From Candidatus Saccharimonadota bacterium (GTDB lineage Bacteria > Patescibacteriota > Saccharimonadia > Saccharimonadales > JAGQNJ01), in the NCBI GenBank assembly GCA_020428405.1, contig JAGQMZ010000002.1:33-64032 (forward strand): a DNA stretch of 64,000 nt, in the 5' to 3' direction. This document shows, piece by piece, positions 15,082-23,400 of the stretch. How positions within the stretch are numbered: position 1 is the first letter of the stretch; each line of letters opens with the position of its first letter. The notes below the pieces were generated by a model, which did not search any database, was not told the DNA's origin, and was given only the letters and a program-made list of their open reading frames with translations. The position numbers were made by a program, and so were the translations under genes.

Positions 15082-15786
15082 TTATGGTCTAGAAACGACT
15101 ATATCTGGAGAGTGGCTTTTTATTTCCTTTTTTATTGTCATATAATCCGGCACAAATTTTTCTACTAAACTCCAAAATTCTTTGCTGTGATTTAAATGTA
15201 CTGTGTGAGCAAGTTCGTGAAAAATAACATACTTAATATGAGTATCGGGAAGTTGTATCAAATATAAATTTAACACAACATCTTTTTTGTTGTTGCAGCT
15301 CCCCCAGCGGCTTTTTAATTTTTTTATTTCCAAGCTGCTAAGATTAAAATTATTTTCATTGGCTAGCTGTCTGGCCATAGGAATCAAGATATTTTCTGCA
15401 TCACGTTTTAAAATATTTGTAATATATTTTTCTATCCTATTTTGCCCTGCTTCTGATTCTGAAGTTTGATCTAAAGGAACGGCTATCGTTATTATGCTAC
15501 CTTCTTCCTGGATACTAAAATTACTTGAATTACTTGATATTAATCTTAAACGATAGTTATTACCAATGATTGACCCATCGATGAATGGTAATCTTTGTGC
15601 TTGGTTATTTGCTATCCACTGCTTTCTTTTCTTAACAAACTCAACAGCAGTTTTATAAGGTAACCAACTCGGTAATGTAACTTTAACCGTGCCTCCGTTT
15701 AGTTTAATTCTTATGGTTTTTGAGGCTCGATGTTTGTAAAAGGTAACTTTACCAATATCATCAATTTGGTAAGTTTTCTGTGCCAT
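15082..15786 (-). CDS. YgjP-like (DUF45/M48-type) metal-dependent hydrolase
   Basis: SRWGSCN...YVIFHELAHTVHLNHSKEFW is the WGSC plus HExxH signature of the family. Confidence 0.75.
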   Translation of the reverse strand: MAQKTYQIDDIGKVTFYKHRASKTIRIKLNGGTVKVTLPSWLPYKTAVEFVKKRKQWIANNQAQRLPFIDGSIIGNNYRLRLISSNSSNFSIQEEGSIITIAVPLDQTSESEAGQNRIEKYITNILKRDAENILIPMARQLANENNFNLSSLEIKKLKSRWGSCNNKKDVVLNLYLIQLPDTHIKYVIFHELAHTVHLNHSKEFWSLVEKFVPDYMTIKKEIKSHSPDIVVSRP

Positions 15787-15792
15787 TTAATT

Positions 15793-16449
15793 TTAGCGTA
15801 TTGTGATATTTCTGCGTGACATATCAACTCTACCAGAAGCCGGGACCAAGTTGATTAAACCAGGCTTTACAACACCAGACGATAAATTGCTTGGATCTAT
15901 TAACCTTAAACTGTACAATTTTTTTAGAATCGCTGTACGCTGCATAGGAAACGAGTGTTTTCCACTTAGTACAATAAAATCCTCGTCATGTGCCGGTCTT
16001 TGCATTTTACCAATTATTTCGTTAAATTTTGGCCTGTCTAAAGGTTGTGCGTGTCTGTCTTCTGCTCGTCGTCTATCTCTATGAGACACTCTTGCAAATG
16101 CACTATCAGCATCGATTTGAAACCAAATTAAAACATGTTCGGACTTCTTTTTTCTAGCTATTTCTCTAAGCCGTCTTCTTTGTCTTTTGTTAATAGCATT
16201 TGTGTCATAAATTACTGAAACACCAGAATCCAAAAACTCCTCTGTCATGTATTCCATAAGGTGTTCGACAATCTCATTTTCTGTCTTATCGTAACGAGGC
16301 TCTTCAAATAGCTGATACCTAATTTTGTCACCTTGAACATGGGCTGACCGGATTGTTTCTGCTATGTGGTTTGCAAAGTATGTTTTTCCGGCACCAGGAA
16401 AACCATAAAGCATAATAAGTGTAGGTTTTGTCAACTCAAGCTTCGCCAT
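15793..16449 (-). CDS. P-loop kinase-like ATPase (AAA_33-type)
   Basis: Walker A GFPGAGKT near the N-terminus in a ~200-aa architecture. The ATG lies 7 nt after TACAAT, so the mRNA is probably leaderless. Confidence 0.55.
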   Translation of the reverse strand: MAKLELTKPTLIMLYGFPGAGKTYFANHIAETIRSAHVQGDKIRYQLFEEPRYDKTENEIVEHLMEYMTEEFLDSGVSVIYDTNAINKRQRRRLREIARKKKSEHVLIWFQIDADSAFARVSHRDRRRAEDRHAQPLDRPKFNEIIGKMQRPAHDEDFIVLSGKHSFPMQRTAILKKLYSLRLIDPSNLSSGVVKPGLINLVPASGRVDMSRRNITIR

Positions 16450-16543
16450 GTACTATATTGTATAACAGATGTGCGATAAATTAAAAAATGTATATAGCTT
16501 GATGACTTATTAATGTAATTAATGTATTATTACAGGGGTGTAT

Positions 16544-16620
16544 AGGGGTGTAGCTCAGTTGGCTAGAGCGTCGGTCTCCAAAACCGAAGGCCTCGGGTTC
16601 GAGTCCCGCCACCCCTGCCA
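16544..16620 (+). tRNA. trnW: tRNA-Trp (anticodon CCA), CCA end encoded
   Basis: Acceptor AGGGGTG/CACCCCT, anticodon loop CU-CCA-AA, T-loop GGTTCGAGTCC, discriminator G, 3' CCA. Confidence 0.9.
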
Positions 16621-16632
16621 GCAAATTTTAAA

Positions 16633-16664
16633 CCCTGGCGTGAGGATGCCAGGGCTATTTTTTT
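16633..16664 (+). terminator. Intrinsic terminator after tRNA-Trp
   Basis: CCCTGGC-gtgaggat-GCCAGGG followed by CTATTTTTTT. Confidence 0.75.
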
Positions 16665-16680
16665 ATAGTATTTCGAATTT

Positions 16681-17340
16681 TTAGCGTAAACCAAGTTTGC
16701 TTGAACAGTGTGGCCATTGTCCCCAGCCACTTCTAGCTTGCAGAATCTCGGCACGCTTAATTTGCTCAGCTTTACTATTTTGGTGAGGTAAGCCAGTACC
16801 ACCAACTGAACGCCAGGTTGCAGCGCTAAACTGGACGCCGCCATAGTAACCATTGCCAGTGTTGATAGACCAGTTACCTCCAGATTCACAAGCCGCTAAT
16901 CTATCCCAAACTCCGCCATCAACATTTGCGGCAGGTGCTTGAGCAACGTTTTGCTTTCTAGATGAAACTTTCTTGCTTGAACTAACCTTCGGCTTAATGC
17001 TACTTACTCGAGCAACCTTTTCAGGCATTGGTCGCTCTGCTAGTTCTTCATCTGAAGATGGTATTCTAATTTGTTCGCCTGGATGTATTACATCTGGGTG
17101 AGCAATAAATACATTCGCGTAAAACAGTCTTTGGTATGTACTATCATTTGCTTTTGCAATTTTTGAAAGGCTATCGCCTTTCTGGACCTCAACAACTACC
17201 TGCGCTGGTTGTTGAGCTTCCGGTTGGCTAGCTTCTTGAGCATAAGCCTTTGATCCTGCAATGCCAAAAAATAGCACGGCAGAAATTATTCCCGCAGTAA
17301 GTACGGTTTTATTCATATTCTTGTTCCTCCTTATACCCAC
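16681..17340 (-). CDS. Secreted LysM plus Rpf-like (resuscitation-promoting-factor type) transglycosylase
   Basis: N-terminal signal/TM segment, LysM VQKGDSLSKIAK...GEQIRIP, and C-terminal WDRLAACESGGNWSINTGNGYYGGVQFSAATW. Confidence 0.8.
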   Translation of the reverse strand: MGIRRNKNMNKTVLTAGIISAVLFFGIAGSKAYAQEASQPEAQQPAQVVVEVQKGDSLSKIAKANDSTYQRLFYANVFIAHPDVIHPGEQIRIPSSDEELAERPMPEKVARVSSIKPKVSSSKKVSSRKQNVAQAPAANVDGGVWDRLAACESGGNWSINTGNGYYGGVQFSAATWRSVGGTGLPHQNSKAEQIKRAEILQARSGWGQWPHCSSKLGLR

Positions 17341-17499
17341 AGTAGCCCCTACTTACATTTTTAATTTATATGGGGACTGTTAGGTTTATAGTCACTCTTC
17401 CCTCACAAAAAAATGACACAAAGACCATCATACTGTTAATCAAATAAATGTCAAATAAACACTTTAAAAACAATGTTGTAATAATAACCTAAGTATTGT

Positions 17500-17706
17500 T
17501 TAGTGCTTTTTGGCTTTTACTTCATTTCGTCCAAGATTTTTTTTGGTTTCAGTAAAAGTTACATGTTTTCTTAAGCGCGGGTCGTATTTACGAAGACTTA
17601 GTTTGTCTGGCGTATTTTGGTTATTTTTAATAGTATAATAACTTCTTATTCCAGATTCTTCAGAAACAAGTCCTATAATTTTACGTTTGCTTGATTTTTT
17701 TGCCAT
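17500..17706 (-). CDS. rpmG: 50S ribosomal protein L33 (bL33)
   Basis: [55 protein letters not shown]. The internal ATG at 17706 is preferred to the track start at 17721. Confidence 0.9.
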   Translation of the reverse strand: MAKKSSKRKIIGLVSEESGIRSYYTIKNNQNTPDKLSLRKYDPRLRKHVTFTETKKNLGRNEVKAKKH

Positions 17707-17908
17707 CGTTTTTAACCTCACTTTTAGTTGGAATAATAACTGCCAGTATCAAATATGCGATAACTCCTGGTAAAAGACCAGAAATGATTGTAATTAGTAT
17801 ATAGCCGGCACGTATGATGTTTGGATCAATATCAAAGTACTCGCCAATTCCACCACAAACGCCTGCAATCTGCTTATCACTATTCGATCTTAGTAATTTT
17901 TTCATCAT
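17681..17908 (-). CDS. PspC-domain membrane protein
   Basis: [34 protein letters not shown] followed by a transmembrane helix. Confidence 0.7.
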   Translation of the reverse strand: MMKKLLRSNSDKQIAGVCGGIGEYFDIDPNIIRAGYILITIISGLLPGVIAYLILAVIIPTKSEVKNDGKKIKQT

Positions 17909-17942
17909 TAAAAATGATAACAGATTATTGTAATAAATTCAA

Positions 17943-18017
<75 letters not shown>

Positions 18018-18050
18018 ACTAACATAGTACAAATTTTAAATATTTTATTT

Positions 18051-18136
18051 TGGTGCAGGGAGAGGGATTCGAACCCCCGAAGGCATAAGCCAGCAGATTT
18101 ACAGTCTGCCGTGTTTGACCGCTTCACTATCCCTGC
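18051..18136 (-). tRNA. trnY: tRNA-Tyr (anticodon GUA), long variable arm
   Basis: Acceptor GCAGGGA/TCCCTGC, anticodon loop CU-GUA-AA, extra arm, GGTTCGAATCC, encoded CCA. Confidence 0.9.
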
Positions 18137-18213
18137 CCAAGTAGCCACATTGTAGCTACTGAACACTTTCCTGACTCTCCTCATGGTTTAGATGTTCTCG
18201 CATTACATCTAAA

Positions 18214-18290
18214 TGGAGCCGGCAGAGGGATTCGAACCCACGACCTACGGTTTACAAAACCGCCGCTCTAACCAACTGAGCTATGCCGGC
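18214..18290 (-). tRNA. trnT: tRNA-Thr (anticodon UGU)
   Basis: Acceptor GCCGGCA/TGCCGGC, anticodon loop UU-UGU-AA, GGTTCGAATCC, encoded CCA. Confidence 0.9.
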
Positions 18291-18469
18291 ACATCAGAAC
18301 CGACGGCCAGCTGATATCTATAAGTTTGCGTACTTCAGCTTCTGTCGCTTCTTTCTTTTAATCTTTTATCCAGCTGAACGGACAAAGTCGTTACTTGGGA
18401 TAAAAAATTGTAGGATTTTTGTTTTAATGCACGTGCAACTGCACTCGCATGATTTTATCAGAACAGGGG

Positions 18470-19123
18470 TTAAATAACAACCCTGCGCTTAGGTCGTGCG
18501 ATTCTTTTTGGCTTACTGTCTGGAACGACCATTTTCTTCATTTTATGTTCAATAATCTTTGCTTGCTCTTCATGGTTACGACTTTCGTATGCTTTATGTA
18601 GTAGGGACAATGATTCTTTATTTGGCTCAAGCTCAACAGCTTTCTCTAATTCTTTAAACATCAGTTTATCATTACCTAGCTTTTCTTGAACTTTTGCATA
18701 CGCAATGTGACGAGCAGCCATAGAATCTTCTAATTTTAGAGCTTGCTCAAAGGCGGTTGATGCTTTGTCATAATTTTCTGTTTCATAATAAATTAAACCT
18801 AGGTTATGAAGACTCGAGGCATTAGTTTCAATACTTGAAGCTATTTCAAAACAGTCGATAGCATCTTTGTATTCCTTCTGCTTGGCGTATAGAATGCCTA
18901 GGCGGTTGTATGCAGCTGCGTTTTTTTCGTCAATTTTTAGAATCGTAAGTAAAGCTTTCTCGGCACGTAAAAATCGATTTTCACGCATACCTTGGTGTGC
19001 AATATCCCACAATTTACCTAGTCTGCCCGTTAGCTTGTTAGGTAGTATCATTACTTCATCATGATGTACAAAACTCCTAATAGTAAAAATTGCAAAAACA
19101 CAGAGAATAAAAATCGCTAGCAT
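18470..19123 (-). CDS. Membrane-anchored TPR-repeat protein
   Basis: N-terminal transmembrane helix, then repeated A..YN.LG..Y......Y..A...FE.A TPR units. Confidence 0.7.
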   Translation of the reverse strand: MLAIFILCVFAIFTIRSFVHHDEVMILPNKLTGRLGKLWDIAHQGMRENRFLRAEKALLTILKIDEKNAAAYNRLGILYAKQKEYKDAIDCFEIASSIETNASSLHNLGLIYYETENYDKASTAFEQALKLEDSMAARHIAYAKVQEKLGNDKLMFKELEKAVELEPNKESLSLLHKAYESRNHEEQAKIIEHKMKKMVVPDSKPKRIARPKRRVVI

Positions 19124-19143
19124 ACTTTAAGCATTATACCCCA

Positions 19144-19983
19144 TTATATTCTTAACATTAAGTCCGTTAGTAGTAACCTATAATTCGGTGTAGTCTGTAA
19201 TTTTTGCATAGACTTAAAAACTGCTTTTCGTACTTCTGCAAGTTTTGTAACTTTTTTACTTTGCCCATTATTAATAGCAGACACAAATGCAGCTTTGCTT
19301 ACAATTAATAAAGAATCTAAAAGCAATGCTACCTCCGATTTTGACAACGACTCAATCATACATATTCTATCAAACGAAGAGCTTGACAGTATCTGTTTTG
19401 ATAGTGATATATTTTTTATAACATCGTGTTGTTCTTGCTTAAGCAACGCTGTCATCAAACCAATTCTGTAGTTAGATATTTTATATGCCTTAATTATTTG
19501 TTCATCAGAGTATTGGTTATTAAAAAAATCAATAGTTGTATTAATTGTAGGCGGTGTAATTTTTATAAAATTCAGTCTTGAGGATATAGTAGGTAATATT
19601 GATGCTAAATTTGGAAACGTCAAAATTATTGTAGTATTATTAGGCAATTCTTCAATATTTTTTAGAATTGCATTTTGTGCTTCCACCGTCATCTTATCTG
19701 CATCTTCAATAATGATGATTCGTTCTGATTTACTGTCTGCTGTTTTAAGTTGGATAAATTTTGGTAATTGCCTTGCTTGTTCTACTGTAATCTTACCCTT
19801 ATCGTTGGGTCGCACAACAAGAATATTTTCGTTTTTTACTTGGTTAGTAATCTTATCCTTCAAGTATTGGGCTAGATAGGCTTTGCCAGATCCTTCTGGC
19901 CCATAAATACCAATAGCGTGGGGCTTTCTGTTTAGTACGCTTAATATCTGCGCTTCGCTAGTTTTACTTAATAGAACTTTCAT
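19144..19983 (-). CDS. holB: DNA polymerase III delta' subunit-like clamp-loader protein
   Basis: HAIGIYGPEGSGK Walker A, IIIIEDADKMTVEAQNAILKNIEE, and SRL in TISSRL. Confidence 0.65.
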   Translation of the reverse strand: MKVLLSKTSEAQILSVLNRKPHAIGIYGPEGSGKAYLAQYLKDKITNQVKNENILVVRPNDKGKITVEQARQLPKFIQLKTADSKSERIIIIEDADKMTVEAQNAILKNIEELPNNTTIILTFPNLASILPTISSRLNFIKITPPTINTTIDFFNNQYSDEQIIKAYKISNYRIGLMTALLKQEQHDVIKNISLSKQILSSSSFDRICMIESLSKSEVALLLDSLLIVSKAAFVSAINNGQSKKVTKLAEVRKAVFKSMQKLQTTPNYRLLLTDLMLRI

Positions 19984-20846
19984 TCTTTTATTTTCTCATG
20001 AAATTCTTTTGGCAGGTTTGATTTATAATTTTTCTTCTCACCGTTTGGAAGTTTAATTTCTAGTGAAACTGCATGCAAAAATAGCCGCTTATCTGGTTTG
20101 CCACCATAAAATTCGTCTCCAAGTATTGGATAGCCTAGGTACTTTAAATGAATTCGTAGTTGGTGGGTCCTACCTGTGCGTGGTTTTAGTTCAACTAGGC
20201 AATAATCCGAGCCTTCATCTATTACTTTGTATTCCGTTTGAGCTGATTTTCCACTTGATGTAGCCTCAAATAATTTGGGGTTTGAAGTACTTCTGCCTAT
20301 CGGAATATCAATGACGGCTTGTTTTGGGCTAATGCCTGATTTTGCAACGGCAATATATTTTTTTGAAACTTTTCGTTCAGAAAACTGTTTTTGTAGAAGT
20401 TTAAGAGTCTTTTCATTTTTAGCGCAAATAATAACACCAGAAGTAGCTCTATCAAGCCGATGTACAATTCCACCTCGGTTTCCAGATAGTCCATCAAGTT
20501 TGTTTGCAATAAAGGTTGCTACAGTCGGCTCATCATTAATTTCACCCTTGCTATGAGTTAAGACTCCTTCAGGCTTATCTATGACAATACAATCATTATC
20601 TTCATATAGGATAGGAAGAGTAATAAATTTTGGATGTACTAACTGATCCATATTTATGTCAATAATTACTTGATCGCCTTCTCGAACTTTATAACCGGAT
20701 TTTACTGACATAATGCCATTGACATGAATTTTTTTACCATCAATAAGTTTTTTTATATAGCTCCTGCTCATCTTCTCATGTTTTTTCAGCAGATAGTTAT
20801 CAAGTCTTATTCCTGAATCAATTTTTTTTATTTGATGTTTGGTCAT
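19980..20846 (-). CDS. rluD: RluA-family 23S rRNA pseudouridine synthase (RluD-like) with S4 domain
   Basis: S4-like RLDNYLLKK, catalytic HRLDRATSGVIICAKN, and GRTHQLRIHL. Confidence 0.85.
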   Translation of the reverse strand: MTKHQIKKIDSGIRLDNYLLKKHEKMSRSYIKKLIDGKKIHVNGIMSVKSGYKVREGDQVIIDINMDQLVHPKFITLPILYEDNDCIVIDKPEGVLTHSKGEINDEPTVATFIANKLDGLSGNRGGIVHRLDRATSGVIICAKNEKTLKLLQKQFSERKVSKKYIAVAKSGISPKQAVIDIPIGRSTSNPKLFEATSSGKSAQTEYKVIDEGSDYCLVELKPRTGRTHQLRIHLKYLGYPILGDEFYGGKPDKRLFLHAVSLEIKLPNGEKKNYKSNLPKEFHEKIKE

Positions 20847-21018
20847 CTCTTAATCTCTTCCATTCTGCTTTTTCCTCAGGATCTATAGGAGGTAAAAGAT
20901 AATCCTCTAAAGGTATAGGAACTGCTCGCATCATCCCCCTAATACTAACAGTTTCTGAAATATTACTACTACCACCATCAACTCCATCCTCAATATGGTA
21001 AACTTTAATTTCTTCCAT
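20818..21018 (-). CDS. Hypothetical small acidic protein (66 aa) between trpS and rluD
   Basis: AAAGGAA SD about 9 nt upstream, inside the trpS 3' end. Overlaps the rluD start by 29 nt. Confidence 0.4.
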   Translation of the reverse strand: MEEIKVYHIEDGVDGGSSNISETVSIRGMMRAVPIPLEDYLLPPIDPEEKAEWKRLRDDQTSNKKN

Positions 21019-21024
21019 GTATTT

Positions 21025-22053
21025 TTATTCCTTTCGTAAGCCGACTGCATTTTGGACATTTAATAATGTATGGTTGGCTGTATGGTTCATGGTTTTTTCT
21101 GAATATTCAAGTTTGCTCAGTAATGCAGACTCATCTACTGAATTTAGTTTTGATTGAAAATTACTTAAAAATTTACTTACTACTTCTGCAACGTCTTTTT
21201 TAAGTTGTCCGTATTGCGACTGCCCTTTGTATTTACTAATAACAGATTCAATGCTTTCACCTGAAAGCGCAGCAAATATATCTAGCAAGTTACTAATACC
21301 AGGCTGTTTTTCATAATCGTAGTTTACAGAGCCAATACTATCAGTTGTTGAGCCCACAATTTTTTTAGAAGCAATTTCTGGACTGTCTCCTAAAAATATG
21401 ACACCCTTACCTGTTTCATCAGATTTACTCATTTTCTTTTCTGGGTTAACTAAATCACGAATTCTCAGACGTTGTTGTTTGTTGGCAAACTCTATTTGAG
21501 CGTTTTCTGGCTCTGGTGGTGTAAATAATTCACCGAACTTATTATTCACCCTTATGGCAATATCTCTTGCTAGCTCAACATGCTGGGTTTGATCAGCACC
21601 TACCGGCACGTATTTGGCCCCGTAGAGTAATATATCGGCAGCCATCAACACTGGATAATCAAATAGTCCTGCGCTTATGCCTTGTTTGCCTTGACCCTTT
21701 TCTTTGAATTGAGTCATTCTGCTTAGTTCACCCATGTAGGTAAAGCAATTTAGGATTACTGTAAGTTCGCTATGGGCAGGAATATAACTCTGACGATAAA
21801 TGTATGAATCCTTATCGTCCAAGTTAAGGCCTGTTGCAACAAATATTTTAAGGTTATGCATGGTTTGATCATATAGCTTGCTGTGGTCTATAGGTGTAGT
21901 AAAGCTGTGAAGATCTGGCACAAATAAGTTTACTTGATATTCGCCCGCATAAGCCTTTTGAAGCTCGACAATAGGAAGCAAAGCACCTAAATAGTTGCCC
22001 AGGTGTAAATCATTATTTGCTCTTAGACCGGTTAGTATAACTGGCTTACTCAT
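21025..22053 (-). CDS. trpS: Tryptophan--tRNA ligase
   Basis: ILTGLRANNDLHLGNYLGA (HIGH-type) and KMSKS present. About 340 aa, class Ic architecture. Confidence 0.93.
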   Translation of the reverse strand: MSKPVILTGLRANNDLHLGNYLGALLPIVELQKAYAGEYQVNLFVPDLHSFTTPIDHSKLYDQTMHNLKIFVATGLNLDDKDSYIYRQSYIPAHSELTVILNCFTYMGELSRMTQFKEKGQGKQGISAGLFDYPVLMAADILLYGAKYVPVGADQTQHVELARDIAIRVNNKFGELFTPPEPENAQIEFANKQQRLRIRDLVNPEKKMSKSDETGKGVIFLGDSPEIASKKIVGSTTDSIGSVNYDYEKQPGISNLLDIFAALSGESIESVISKYKGQSQYGQLKKDVAEVVSKFLSNFQSKLNSVDESALLSKLEYSEKTMNHTANHTLLNVQNAVGLRKE

Positions 22054-22080
22054 TGTTTTGTATATTATACCTTATTTTCA

Positions 22081-22140
22081 TTAACTTAATTTCATTGTTT
22101 GATATAGCTCTGCTGTTTTTTGGCTTACTAAAGTTTCCAT
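22081..22140 (-). CDS. Possible 19-aa mini-ORF (METLVSQKTAELYQTMKLS) between attenuator and trpS
   Basis: Good SD GGAAGGA 4-5 nt before the ATG, directly after the terminator U-tract. No conservation evidence available. Confidence 0.2.
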   Translation of the reverse strand: METLVSQKTAELYQTMKLS

Positions 22141-22154
22141 AATTTCCTTCCGTT

Positions 22155-22320
22155 AAAAAAGACCGCCGATGTGGCGGTCTTTTGGTTTACTTATATAAAT
22201 TTATTTAACAATATGAAATAGAACGCCACTGGTGTGGTTTTGTAAACCAAAAGTAATATTGATTTATAGCTCTACTTAACATAACAAAACTAAAATATAC
22301 CATGCCCTAGTAATTGTCAA
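22155..22320 (-). promoter_or_regulatory. Candidate ribosome-mediated attenuator (Trp type) upstream of trpS
   Basis: TTGACA (22315-22320, overlapping the M20 TGA stop) with TATATT/TATTTT as -10. Contains the 25-codon ORF. The box AGUGGCGUUCUA (22219-22230) is complementary to the terminator 5' arm CGCCAC. Terminator is GACCGCC-acat-GGCGGTC (22161-22179) plus TTTTTT. Confidence 0.5.
22205..22282 (-). CDS. 25-codon Trp/Tyr-rich leader or arrest peptide candidate (MLSRAINQYYFWFTKPHQWRSISYC)
   Basis: Leaderless spacing from the -10. Same length as the ORF at 24526-24603, with shared M1, R/K4, I/V6, Y9, W12, P16, W19-R20-S21 and Y24. Confidence 0.5.
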   Translation of the reverse strand: MLSRAINQYYFWFTKPHQWRSISYC

Positions 22321-23393
22321 CTATTAACTCTACTGAATTTGGTTACAAATTTTTTAAGGAGTTTATAAAATTTTTCTATACTTTCTTTTGAAATCCACTC
22401 TTCATCTCCATGGGCCCCGCCACCATCTGGACGAAGCATTATAACGGGTATATTTTTTTCTGCAAAAAATCTTGCATCCGATGAACCGTGCGCTCGTGTA
22501 AAATTAATAATACCATTGTTTTCTTTTTTATAAATTTTTATGAATTGTTGCACGTATGGATTTAATTTATCAAGCACATAATCCTGGCCATTTTTTTCAT
22601 TTTTTATAGATACATCATACTTTAGAAATAGTGAGTTAAGATGTTTGTATATTCTTGTTAGGTCATCCTGTGATTTATAGCGAATGTCTAGTGTACAATC
22701 AGCAGTTGCTGGGCCTTTGTTTTCAGAATCCCCAGAGTTTATTTTCGCAATTGTGACTGTCGAGTTAACTGTATTTGACATGTCAAACAGTTCTTCAACT
22801 TCAGATAAAAATTTAACCATTTTTGAAGCCGCACCATCACCCTCCCATGGACGTGAACCATGGTGGGCTTTACCTTGAACAGTTAACTCTAAAATAAGGA
22901 TGCCTTTGGCTCCTATATTTAGACTACCAAAACCCTCTCCGGCGTCTGGGAGTATACATAAGTCTGCAGAGTACCCTTTATCAAGCAAGCTTTTTACTCC
23001 ATTAAAGCCACCAAGTTCTTCATCTCCTGTAAGCATAATACCCAAATTATAATTCTTAAGATTAGGTTTCAGCTCATTTATAAGCTTAATGAAGCATGCC
23101 GTGGCAAAAAGCATGTCATATACTCCTCTTCCAAAGTACTTATTGTCAGTTTGTCTAAATCCTTGACCCTCTCCGGGGACAACATCAATGTGAGCCTGAA
23201 GCAAGAGTTTGGTTTTTTTGGTTCCTTTGGTGCCTGCATATAAACTATAAACCCCGTCATTTTTAAAAATTGAGGTGAATAGTCCAGCATTTTTCAAACT
23301 TTTTTCTACGTATTTACATAGCTGTTTAACGTTTTCTTGTTTTTCAGACTGAGGGTAAAATTCTACTAGTTCTTTGAGTGTTTTTTCTAACAT
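22317..23393 (-). CDS. M20-family metallopeptidase (ArgE/DapE/CPG2-like)
   Basis: LQAHIDVVP, GRGVYDM, GDEELGG and GKAHHGSRPWEGDGA are M20 metal-binding and catalytic motifs. Confidence 0.85.
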   Translation of the reverse strand: MLEKTLKELVEFYPQSEKQENVKQLCKYVEKSLKNAGLFTSIFKNDGVYSLYAGTKGTKKTKLLLQAHIDVVPGEGQGFRQTDNKYFGRGVYDMLFATACFIKLINELKPNLKNYNLGIMLTGDEELGGFNGVKSLLDKGYSADLCILPDAGEGFGSLNIGAKGILILELTVQGKAHHGSRPWEGDGAASKMVKFLSEVEELFDMSNTVNSTVTIAKINSGDSENKGPATADCTLDIRYKSQDDLTRIYKHLNSLFLKYDVSIKNEKNGQDYVLDKLNPYVQQFIKIYKKENNGIINFTRAHGSSDARFFAEKNIPVIMLRPDGGGAHGDEEWISKESIEKFYKLLKKFVTKFSRVNS

Positions 23394-23400
23394 GAGTTAA

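Noticed and set aside
16563-16889. 108-aa minus-strand ORF overlapping tRNA-Trp and the Rpf gene 3' end
   Set aside because: It runs antisense through a clear tRNA gene and its terminator, and out of frame through the Rpf-like gene. It is spurious.
17341-17499. ydaO-type c-di-AMP riboswitch in the leader of the Rpf/LysM gene
   Set aside because: Rpf genes in Actinobacteria carry such riboswitches. Here the leader after TTGACA-N16-TATGAT is only ~110 nt, and I do not recognise the conserved ydaO segments. A covariance-model search would be needed to revisit this.
22081-22140. The 19-aa ORF as a Trp leader peptide
   Set aside because: It contains no Trp codon, so it cannot sense Trp-tRNA. It is kept only as a low-confidence mini-ORF.
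22155-22320. Canonical T-box riboswitch upstream of trpS
   Set aside because: The UGGC within the box could pair with the GCCA end of tRNA-Trp, and the antiterminator logic fits. But the leader is only ~130 nt. I find no Stem I with a specifier loop, K-turn or AGAGA motifs, and no AAnnnGGGUGGnACCnCG T-box sequence. The box is instead read as codons of a conserved 25-codon ORF.
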